Source: a virus
IMG/VR virus record: IMGVR_UViG_3300005468_000008
Location: 1-43,088 of that record
DNA: 43,088 nucleotides
Direction: 5' to 3' (one strand)
The notes below the pieces were generated by a model that was given only the letters and a program-made list of their open reading frames with translations, was not told where the DNA came from and searched no databases. The translations under genes were made by a program, and so were the position numbers. Each line of letters opens with the position of its first letter. Within the stretch, counting starts at the first letter, position 1. Of the stretch, positions 5,542 to 12,467 are shown piece after piece.

Positions 5542-5546
5542 TCAGA

Positions 5547-6200
5547 ATGAAACCCCTCCTCCTCTCCCTCGCCCTTCTTGGCTGTTCCCCTTCGTCGGAG
5601 ACCATTCTCACCCGTCCGGCGTCTACCTGGTCTGCGACGGACGCCCTCACGGTGGTCGCCGCCAACACTTACCACAACATGAAATCGGGTTCCAATGTTT
5701 TGGTGATGGCTACACCGTTTACGCCAGACGTCGCCAGGGCGTTGACACGGTTGAACCAGATAAAGGACGGTCTCTCCGATTCAGCCACCTATGAGAAATT
5801 GTATTGGCTCACCAGGGCTGGAACGGGTCTCCATATTGACCGGGATGGTAAGATGTATGGGAGAGTGGACTCGTTAATGGTGATGGTGACACTCACTAAC
5901 AGGCAATGGCCTTGCACTCCCCCGACAATCAACGGTAGGCCGATCCTCGCCATGTCTGCCGTCCCATGTGAGACCCCAAGCATCGACGACATCGACCGGA
6001 GACTATCCCTCACCACGTCAACCGGGGACACCATGTACCCGGATGTTGTGTGGGGTCGTCGGAACGACATTCTCACCGAGGACGAAACACTCCTGATCGT
6101 TTTCAGATTCACGGACAGATCTTTTATGAAGTCAACGCCGGTCACGCTTGTTGTGGGCGGAATTGGTGATAGTGTGGAGTTTGAATTGAGGGGACAATGA
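5547..6200 (+). CDS. Predicted lipoprotein
   Basis: The N-terminus MKPLLLSLALLGCSPSS has a signal peptide with lipobox L-L-G-C. 217 aa, no recognised domain. Confidence 0.75.
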   Translation: MKPLLLSLALLGCSPSSETILTRPASTWSATDALTVVAANTYHNMKSGSNVLVMATPFTPDVARALTRLNQIKDGLSDSATYEKLYWLTRAGTGLHIDRDGKMYGRVDSLMVMVTLTNRQWPCTPPTINGRPILAMSAVPCETPSIDDIDRRLSLTTSTGDTMYPDVVWGRRNDILTEDETLLIVFRFTDRSFMKSTPVTLVVGGIGDSVEFELRGQ

Positions 6201-6592
6201 GGGAGATCAAATTCCGGGTTTATGATACCGAAGTCCGGAGGATGTATGTTAATTGTCCCAACGTGATGGTGGACTACCGAGGTCATCCCTTGTGGCAATT
6301 TGGGTATGATGAGCCACGATATATGACTGATTGTGTCGTGATGCAATTCACCGGACTCGAGGACAAGAGCGGGAAAGAGATTTACGAGGGGGATTTGATG
6401 TGTACGGTGAAGGGGGTCTTAATGGTTGTGCGGTGGAGCGATCTTCGGGCAAAGTTTTGCGTCGCGTGGAGAAACAGCTACAACATCAAAGCGGCGACTC
6501 TTTTTTATAAGGGTATGGAGTATGCCAGCCGAGAGGCCGAAGTCATCGGCAACATCTACGAGAATCCCGAACTTCTCAAAGGCGGACAATGA
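6197..6592 (+). CDS. YopX family protein
   Basis: MREIKFRVYD...DKSGKEIYEGDL...AEVIGNIYENPELL is the characteristic YopX pattern. ATGA overlap with the upstream gene. Confidence 0.85.
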   Translation: MREIKFRVYDTEVRRMYVNCPNVMVDYRGHPLWQFGYDEPRYMTDCVVMQFTGLEDKSGKEIYEGDLMCTVKGVLMVVRWSDLRAKFCVAWRNSYNIKAATLFYKGMEYASREAEVIGNIYENPELLKGGQ

Positions 6593-7074
6593 ACTGGATA
6601 AACGTATTCCTCGCGGTGGGCATCCTACTCGCCCCCGGCCTAATCGTCCGGCATTTGATGGGAATGGTCTCAGAGGGGATCGTGGGGGAGCCCGCGCCCG
6701 CTTTTGCATATACCGACCTGTCTGGGGAGACCGACGACATATTTAAAACTAGTAACTATGACCACATCACCCTATTGGTGTTCTCCGCCTCCTGTCCCCA
6801 TTGCCGGGACATCGTACCCACATGGAACGCGCTTGCCTCCGGGCATGATGGGGAGTATGTGGGGCTTTCTATATCCCCCCAGGAAGAGACTTTGATATTT
6901 ATATCGGATAACAACACCCATTTTCCCGTGATCTTGGTGGGGACATCCTTCTTGACCGGCTACCGCCTATCTGGTACGCCATCCACTATTGTGGTTAAGC
7001 GCGGCATCATCGACAGGCTCATTCAAGGAAAGCCCTCGAATGAAGACCTGGCGTATCTGAACAACTTAAACTAA
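6589..7074 (+). CDS. Membrane-anchored thioredoxin-fold thiol-disulfide oxidoreductase (TlpA/ResA/redoxin-like)
   Basis: N-terminal TM helix, then the APAF...LLVFSASCPHCRDIVPTW CxxC active-site context and a downstream G.P.T...V..G motif typical of redoxin-fold proteins. Confidence 0.85.
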   Translation: MNWINVFLAVGILLAPGLIVRHLMGMVSEGIVGEPAPAFAYTDLSGETDDIFKTSNYDHITLLVFSASCPHCRDIVPTWNALASGHDGEYVGLSISPQEETLIFISDNNTHFPVILVGTSFLTGYRLSGTPSTIVVKRGIIDRLIQGKPSNEDLAYLNNLN

Positions 7075-7089
7075 CAATGAGGGAATAAT

Positions 7090-7536
7090 ATGGAAAAGCG
7101 CATCGTCGAAATCAACGGGGTCAAGTTAGAGGTTGACCTCACAACCGCAAGAGTCGTCGAGTCCTACCGCGTCGGCGACAACGTGAAAGTCCTCATTAAG
7201 AAATACGGCGATTCCTTCGAGAGCCATCCCGGCGTGATCGTCGGGTTCGACCCCTTCGTAAACCGCCCCACAATCGTCATCGCATTCCTCGAAACCGGGT
7301 ACAATTCGGCGGAAATCAAGTTTGTCCACCTGAACGCCGACACGAAGGATTGCGAAATCTGCCCGATGATCGAGAAGGAGTTCCCGTTCGACAAGGCGCG
7401 GGTGGAGGGGATGTTCAACCGGCACATCGGGGCGGCAGAGGCGGCTCTGGCCGAAGCGAAGAACAAGAAAGCGTATTTCCTCGCTGAGTTCGGCTCGTAC
7501 TTCAAAGCCCCGGAAGAAGTTGCCGCGAAATCGTAA
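7090..7536 (+). CDS. Hypothetical protein
   Basis: 148-aa ORF with GAGGGA upstream. No recognised motif. Confidence 0.8.
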   Translation: MEKRIVEINGVKLEVDLTTARVVESYRVGDNVKVLIKKYGDSFESHPGVIVGFDPFVNRPTIVIAFLETGYNSAEIKFVHLNADTKDCEICPMIEKEFPFDKARVEGMFNRHIGAAEAALAEAKNKKAYFLAEFGSYFKAPEEVAAKS

Positions 7537-7562
7537 TAACAAACCAAACATAGGAGACTACC

Positions 7563-7778
7563 ATGAAGACCCTTTTAATCCTCTTCTCGCTCAATGCGTT
7601 CCTGTGGAGTGCGTTTGCTGTCATCAAAGATGTGGTGCCGTCACTGGCGGCGGGGCCAACCTGCCAGAAAGTGTGTGATTGTGACCCGTACCTCAACGAT
7701 GGACAGGGTGGTACGGGATCGACCAGGTGTACTATTGGGTCGCAGAGCGTAATGTGCGCCGATTTTTGCGCGAGATAA
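7563..7778 (+). CDS. Secreted cysteine-rich small protein (6 Cys in a mature region of about 52 aa)
   Basis: Signal peptide MKTLLILFSLNAFLWSAFA, then CQKVCDC...C........CADFC. SD AGGAGA upstream. Confidence 0.65.
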   Translation: MKTLLILFSLNAFLWSAFAVIKDVVPSLAAGPTCQKVCDCDPYLNDGQGGTGSTRCTIGSQSVMCADFCAR

Positions 7779-7801
7779 CCCCATGACCCCCCCGCAAGAA
7801 G

Positions 7802-8068
7802 ATGTGGCAACAGATCACGGAGAAGACATGGACGAAGGGATGGTTTGCTCGCACCGTTGGTGGCCGCAGGTGTAGTGTCGATTCCGAAAAAGCCGTGAGG
7901 TGGTGTGCGGAGGGTTGGATGAGGAGAGTTTATGGCGACGAATGGATAGATAAAACCGCCCTGTTCGCGGCGAAGCTGGGTATTGAAACTTCTACCCACT
8001 ATTGGCAGGATGAGAAATCCCGCACCTTCCGCGAAGTGAAGGCGGCGTTTAAGAGGAGTGACCTGTGA
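7802..8068 (+). CDS. Hypothetical protein (C-terminus carries junction-cassette copy A)
   Basis: 88-aa ORF. The last 11 residues, EVKAAFKRSDL, are encoded by the repeat at 8033-8055. Confidence 0.7.
   Translation: MWQQITEKTWTKGWFARTVGGRRCSVDSEKAVRWCAEGWMRRVYGDEWIDKTALFAAKLGIETSTHYWQDEKSRTFREVKAAFKRSDL
8033..8055 (+). repeat. Junction cassette core, copy A (GAAGTGAAGGCGGCGTTTAAGAG)
   Basis: Identical 23-mer at 8033-8055, 8354-8376 and 9022-9044. Confidence 0.9.
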
Positions 8069-8343
8069 GGGCCGACAAGCCGTACCCGGAATCCCGGGTT
8101 GTTAGGTGGGCGGTTTTCTGGCGTAGTGGAGATGGGAAAGAACGCGGGGATCGGCACTTTATGTGGAACTACGCGACGACGTTGACGTTCAATACGCGGC
8201 GCGAGGCAAGGGCATATATCGAGGAGCAATACGGATACATTCGCACTCGGCCCGATCTCCGACAAGAGCCTTTCCGTTGGAGGTTGCCAGAAGCCGTGCG
8301 GGTGGATGTGATTCTTCGCAAACACAAAACAGGAGGCTCGTAA
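8065..8343 (+). CDS. Hypothetical protein
   Basis: GTG start overlapping the upstream stop (GTGA). 92 aa, ending ...KTGGS inside cassette copy B. Confidence 0.65.
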   Translation: MRADKPYPESRVVRWAVFWRSGDGKERGDRHFMWNYATTLTFNTRREARAYIEEQYGYIRTRPDLRQEPFRWRLPEAVRVDVILRKHKTGGS

Positions 8344-8376
8344 AGACATGGATGAAGTGAAGGCGGCGTTTAAGAG
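8329..8376 (+). repeat. 48-bp junction cassette, copy B
   Basis: ACAGGAGGCTCGTAAAGACATGGATGAAGTGAAGGCGGCGTTTAAGAG is identical to 8997-9044. It contains the upstream gene end (GGS-stop), an AGGAGG, and the mini-ORF 8348-8389 (MDEVKAAFKRCNL). Confidence 0.95.
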
Positions 8377-8402
8377 GTGTAACCTTTAAGAAGGAGGATG
8401 GA

Positions 8403-9011
8403 ATGAGTTACCACACGAAAGAAACGATCCTCAAAAGTTTTGAGGAAATACAGAAGGCGTGGGGCACGATACTGCACGTCTGCCCCAATGTTCAATTCTC
8501 CGGCTCGGGTAATCCAATTACCGGAGTGTTGGAGGGGAGTATTGAGGTTGGGTCTAACGTGGGACAGCCCGTTGATCGGATGTCGCAGTTTTCAGTTTAC
8601 CACGATCGGTCGGGTCTTTTTGAGTGCGGTCGCCCAAAGATTATCGGAAAGGATTTTTGGATTTGGCGGAGCGACTACCTGAAAATGCACGGGTCGGTTC
8701 ATGTTCCATATAAAATATTCACGATGGAGCCGGGGATGTCTGGGGAGGATGGCAAGACCGTACCTGCGCGGATAGCGGAACGCGAACACACCCTTCAGTT
8801 GAGATTGCGTTTCCCTTCGTTCGGTATTTCTTCGTTGCTCACAGATGAGAAAAAGGTGCGTGCCGCATTGGACGGCGCACCGCCGGAGTTCCGCGAACAG
8901 TATCAAACTGCGGTTGATGCCGCAATCAAGGACGTTATGGAGTGGCAGAAGGTCTTGAAGGAAGCCGCCGCCGGGTTCGAGGTAGCAAATTCCGCCACAG
9001 GAGGCTCGTAA
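8403..9011 (+). CDS. Hypothetical protein
   Basis: 202-aa ORF with a strong SD (GAAGGAGG). It ends ...ATGGS inside cassette copy C. Confidence 0.8.
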   Translation: MSYHTKETILKSFEEIQKAWGTILHVCPNVQFSGSGNPITGVLEGSIEVGSNVGQPVDRMSQFSVYHDRSGLFECGRPKIIGKDFWIWRSDYLKMHGSVHVPYKIFTMEPGMSGEDGKTVPARIAEREHTLQLRLRFPSFGISSLLTDEKKVRAALDGAPPEFREQYQTAVDAAIKDVMEWQKVLKEAAAGFEVANSATGGS

Positions 9012-9044
9012 AGACATGGATGAAGTGAAGGCGGCGTTTAAGAG
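8997..9044 (+). repeat. 48-bp junction cassette, copy C
   Basis: Identical to 8329-8376. The mini-ORF 9016-9057 (MDEVKAAFKRAGL) has a stop that overlaps ATG 9057 of the next gene. Confidence 0.95.
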
Positions 9045-9056
9045 AGCGGGACTTTA

Positions 9057-9377
9057 ATGGACACGAAGAAAAAATATCGTTTCAGTGGAACAATGAGAAA
9101 TCCAAACAACGTTGCCGGTAATATTATTCTCAGTATTGGGTGCAATCTCCGTTCTGACCATCAATTGTGGTCTGATCCGTCTGAGCGAGAGGCCATTAAG
9201 ATTCGCCTCGACGAACCCCACAAGCGGAAGATCGACCTTGCCGACGGAGTGCTGGTGTTGAACGTCGACGGCTACATCGGCGACAGCACGTGGAGTGAGA
9301 TTGAGTACGCCCGAGCGCACAACAAACCGATCCGGTATCTGGAACCCGCCCCGACAGATAAGGAGAGAACGGAGTGA
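9057..9377 (+). CDS. Small Rossmann-like protein (nucleoside 2-deoxyribosyltransferase-like / DUF4406-like C-terminal pattern)
   Basis: KIDLADGVLVLNVDGYIGDSTWSEIEYARAHNKPIRYLE resembles the conserved C-terminal segment of NDT-like phage proteins. Confidence 0.6.
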   Translation: MDTKKKYRFSGTMRNPNNVAGNIILSIGCNLRSDHQLWSDPSEREAIKIRLDEPHKRKIDLADGVLVLNVDGYIGDSTWSEIEYARAHNKPIRYLEPAPTDKERTE

Positions 9378-9727
9378 ACATTTATATGGGCTACGTCGAA
9401 GACCCGCGCGAGGGGGCGGCATTGATATTTGCTTGTAGCGTCCGCGAGGCGAAGTTGCTGGCGTGGTCCATATTGAGGTCGTGGTTTCAGGTGGATTACA
9501 TCGACATCTCTGTGCGACTCGTTAAGGATTCGGAATACCTTTACGCGGAGGCCGATCAAGAAAAGCTCGCGCTCGACATGCCTCATGTTGTTGAAAGCCC
9601 CCGCACCTGTAAAGACTGTGAACTGTGGGGAGTGAGTGAACTCAACGAAGAAGGATATTGCAACGATTGTCAAGACGAGCGTGAAGCAGACTCTCCCGCC
9701 CTTCCCGCAGATGGGGAGGGGAAGTGA
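9374..9727 (+). CDS. Hypothetical protein with C-terminal CxxC...CxxC zinc ribbon
   Basis: 117-aa ORF with a GTGA overlap (alternative ATG at 9386). Carries CKDCELWG...CNDC. Confidence 0.7.
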   Translation: MNIYMGYVEDPREGAALIFACSVREAKLLAWSILRSWFQVDYIDISVRLVKDSEYLYAEADQEKLALDMPHVVESPRTCKDCELWGVSELNEEGYCNDCQDEREADSPALPADGEGK

Positions 9728-10377
9728 TCGCGTTTAAGCCATATCGACTCCGGAAGATCGCGTCGCATCTCCCTATCACCCCAATAATCTTGGAGGTTGG
9801 GGCGGGATTCCACTCCCCATCCATCACTAGGAAATATATTCCACATTGCGTATACTATGGCATCGAGAAACCCGGGTACGAGGGGATCAACTCCACCCCC
9901 AACACACGCGACGACCTTGACTGTATTGACCGCCACATCCTCACCGATCTCGAACAGTGGCCTAACCTGGAAGAGCATGGGGTTCGGGAGAAGATGTTCG
10001 ACGCGGTGATTGCGGCCAACACCTTAGAACACCTCGCGCCAGCCACCGCCAAGTTCTATTTGACCCGTCTACCGCAATTCCTTAAATTGGGTGGCGTGTT
10101 CTACGTTGAGGTTCCAAGCCACCGCGTGTTCAAATGCTGGCTCCCGTCGAACTATGATGGCATCGAACACCGGGCCTTTCTTGACCTAGCCGACCTCATC
10201 AACCCCATATTGTCCACCTGTGAAATCTTGGAAGCCGGGACTAGGCGGGATTGGCGGAATATCCTGCGGTCTCCGTTGAGTCTGCCGGTCAAGTTGGCGT
10301 TTATGTCATCATACCCCACAGAATACACCGATCTTCTGGGGTTGTCGTATTACGTTTTGGCAAAAAGAAACCGATGA
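9724..10377 (+). CDS. Class I SAM-dependent methyltransferase
   Basis: Motif I ILEVGAG, and a post-motif DAVIAANTLEHL typical of Methyltransf_11-type enzymes. No DNA-MTase DPPY or PCQ motifs were seen. Confidence 0.8.
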   Translation: MIAFKPYRLRKIASHLPITPIILEVGAGFHSPSITRKYIPHCVYYGIEKPGYEGINSTPNTRDDLDCIDRHILTDLEQWPNLEEHGVREKMFDAVIAANTLEHLAPATAKFYLTRLPQFLKLGGVFYVEVPSHRVFKCWLPSNYDGIEHRAFLDLADLINPILSTCEILEAGTRRDWRNILRSPLSLPVKLAFMSSYPTEYTDLLGLSYYVLAKRNR

Positions 10378-10745
10378 AGACTAAGAACGATACCGTAGAC
10401 ATCTCCCGGCTCCACCCCGATCTCAAGGAAGTCCTCCCCTTTGTCGAGGCCGTCTACAATACCACCTTAGAAGAAATGGGTGTGGGGTGGGTTGAGATGG
10501 TTGTAACAAGTGGACACGAACTCACAAGCAAGCATGGTGTCGGCAGTAAACACTACACCGCGAACAACGAGTCCGGGCTGGGTGAGGCGGTGGACATCCG
10601 ATGTAACCTGTTGAATGGCACTCAGGGGACGGAGATGTGTGGGATGATTGCGAGACATCTAAGACTCCATTACCCAGGCAGGTTCAAATGTTTCTTCGAG
10701 GGATGCCTCAAACCGGAGGCTCATTGTCACATTCAATTAGCGTGA
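10374..10745 (+). CDS. Peptidase M15-like (Hedgehog/DD-peptidase fold) zinc hydrolase, candidate cell-wall hydrolase
   Basis: ATG 10374 overlaps the methyltransferase stop (ATGA); the ORF track extends to 10251. It has SGHE...SKH-x13-D (GEAVDI) and a terminal H-C-H, resembling the H..D...H zinc triad of M15 peptidases. Confidence 0.6.
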   Translation: MKTKNDTVDISRLHPDLKEVLPFVEAVYNTTLEEMGVGWVEMVVTSGHELTSKHGVGSKHYTANNESGLGEAVDIRCNLLNGTQGTEMCGMIARHLRLHYPGRFKCFFEGCLKPEAHCHIQLA

Positions 10746-10755
10746 GGGGAAAATA

Positions 10756-11109
10756 ATGGAATCACGCAGAGAATACCAACGCCGTATCGACGAGGCCAAC
10801 AAGAGGGCTGAAAAGTTTGGCCCCGTTGGCCCAACCCCACTCAGCCACCCGAAGCCCGTGGTGGTCAAGGAGTTACCGAAAGTCCCGGAGACCCGGCCCG
10901 AGTCGTTCGACAAACCCCTCTTGACCATCGACGAGGAACGCGATGCCACCGAACGCCTGTTGGGCCTCCAAGTTCTCAAGAACGAACTCGCCAAGGCGTT
11001 AGCGGGGAAGATACCCGTTCGATACCAGTTGAAGGGGTTGCTTGCGGGCGGGATAGGTGGTATCTTGTTGGGCGTGGGGATGTTGATGTTCAGAGGTTGT
11101 GGGGGATGA
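10756..11109 (+). CDS. Tail-anchored membrane protein (C-terminal TM helix)
   Basis: 117 aa, with a charged N-terminal part and the C-terminal segment LLAGGIGGILLGVGMLMF. Confidence 0.65.
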   Translation: MESRREYQRRIDEANKRAEKFGPVGPTPLSHPKPVVVKELPKVPETRPESFDKPLLTIDEERDATERLLGLQVLKNELAKALAGKIPVRYQLKGLLAGGIGGILLGVGMLMFRGCGG

Positions 11110-11306
11110 AGAAAGACCCGATGGTGACGAGAGCCGCGAAAGAGTACGAGGCCACCCTTCGCCGTGGGGCGAAATCACGCAAGATAAGATACTACCGAAG
11201 TCGCACCTTCGACTTCACCTGTAAGTCGTGTGGTGAGAAGACGCGGGTAAGGGTAGGCGTGGTTCCGGGGGCAACATTTGTCGTGGTAGTGGTGGAGAAG
11301 AAATGA
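11106..11306 (+). CDS. Small basic protein with a CxxC motif
   Basis: ATGA overlap at 11106-11109 (the ORF track starts at 11097). Contains FTCKSCGEKTRV. Confidence 0.55.
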   Translation: MKKDPMVTRAAKEYEATLRRGAKSRKIRYYRSRTFDFTCKSCGEKTRVRVGVVPGATFVVVVVEKK

Positions 11307-11416
11307 TCGACTACCTCCTTCTCCTGTGCATGACGCTCCTCGCCGTAGGATTCATTCTTGTTCCTCTGGCCTACCTACTGAGGCCAAGGAAACGCAAACA
11401 ACATCCACATCTATGA
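11303..11416 (+). CDS. Small membrane peptide (37 aa)
   Basis: ATGA overlaps at both ends. Sequence: MIDYLLLLCMTLLAVGFILVPLAYLLRPRKRKQHPHL. Below the ORF-track cutoff. Confidence 0.4.
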   Translation: MIDYLLLLCMTLLAVGFILVPLAYLLRPRKRKQHPHL

Positions 11417-11910
11417 AAAAGAACCCACGATTAAAGGCGGTTCCCGGGTATCCGGGATACTTCGCGACTAGGGATGGGTTTGTGTGGTCAAAAAGAAAAG
11501 GCGGCCTCATTAGACTTCGTCCATACACTAATAGAACCGGGCATCAGTGTATTGTTTTCTCATACCCAGGCAAGAAGACTACTAGGCTCGTCCACCGCGT
11601 GATACTCGAAACTTTTGTAGGCCCATGTCCACCAAAACATGAAAGCCTACATGGGCCAAACGGTGTGGTGGATAACTCGGCGGGAAACCTCCGATGGGGA
11701 ACGAGGTCGGAGAATGAGTTAGACAAGGCCCGCGACGGAACGTCCCTGCGCGGAGAGAATCATTTCAAGGCTAAACTGAAAGAGGTGGATGTGAAATTGA
11801 TTAGAATAATGTATCCCCGATACACTCAGACGATGATCGCTAAAATTTTCGGGGTGCAGAGGGAAACAGTGGGCAGTATAGTGCGTGGCATCAATTGGGG
11901 GTGGCTATGA
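11413..11910 (+). CDS. NUMOD4-HNH homing endonuclease (paralogue 1)
   Basis: It has the N-terminal VPGYPGYFATRDGFVWS (NUMOD4) and VHRVILETFVGP...HGPNGVVDNSAGNLRWGTRSEN (HNH_3). The C-terminus is the HTH IAKIFGVQRETVGSIVRGINW. The ORF-track start 11326 is probably too early. Confidence 0.85.
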   Translation: MKKNPRLKAVPGYPGYFATRDGFVWSKRKGGLIRLRPYTNRTGHQCIVFSYPGKKTTRLVHRVILETFVGPCPPKHESLHGPNGVVDNSAGNLRWGTRSENELDKARDGTSLRGENHFKAKLKEVDVKLIRIMYPRYTQTMIAKIFGVQRETVGSIVRGINWGWL

Positions 11911-12467
11911 AGGTAGCTTGCTTCGACCTGGAGACCTCTTCGCTCTACGCTAACTCCGGCATCATCCTGTGCGCCAGCATCAAACCGTATGGTAGCCGGA
12001 AGATTACCACGTTCCGCGCCGACAAGTACCCAAGCTGGAAGACCAACAAGAGTGATAATGAGGACTTGGTGCGGGCTATCATGGCCGAGTTGGCTGAGTA
12101 TGACATCCTCATAGCCCACAACGGACAGTATTTTGACAAGGCATGGCTCAATACCGTGTGCCTCAAATACGACCTCATTCCAGCCCTGCGAAGTGTGAAG
12201 TTTGTTGACCCCGTACTTCTCGCTCGCCGTCACCTACGCATGGCCCGCAATTCCCTGGCGGCCCTGATCGACTACTTCGACATCCAAGAGGAGAAGTCTC
12301 CAATCCGTTTCGCCTACTGGATCGAGGCGTCGCATGACGGCAATAAGAAGTCTCTGGACTACATCGTTAAACACTGTGAGAAAGATGTGATAGCCCTTGA
12401 GAGGGTGTACGATAAAGTCCGAAGGCTCGTCAAACAGATAGATGACGGCGGGAGTGCTTTTAGATGA
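11907..12467 (+). CDS. DEDDh 3-prime-5-prime exonuclease (RNase H-like, DnaQ/YprB-type)
   Basis: ExoI FDLETS, ExoII HNGQYFD and ExoIII HCEKDV motifs. ATGA overlap with the HNH gene. Confidence 0.85.
   Translation: MKVACFDLETSSLYANSGIILCASIKPYGSRKITTFRADKYPSWKTNKSDNEDLVRAIMAELAEYDILIAHNGQYFDKAWLNTVCLKYDLIPALRSVKFVDPVLLARRHLRMARNSLAALIDYFDIQEEKSPIRFAYWIEASHDGNKKSLDYIVKHCEKDVIALERVYDKVRRLVKQIDDGGSAFR

Noticed and set aside
4217-5546. Group I or group II intron carrying the T5orf172/GIY-YIG-like ORF
   Set aside because: No interrupted flanking gene (the upstream zinc-ribbon ORF and the downstream lipoprotein ORF are each complete). I could not find conserved group I P7/R-S core sequences or a group II domain V.
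5063-5794. ORFs 5063-5350 plus, 5122-5541 minus, 5345-5668 minus, 5429-5794 plus and 5484-5675 minus as genes
   Set aside because: The translations are Arg/Ser/Pro/Gly-rich and low in complexity, the ORFs overlap one another, they lack SD sequences, and they cover a region with strong RNA-structure signals and two promoters.
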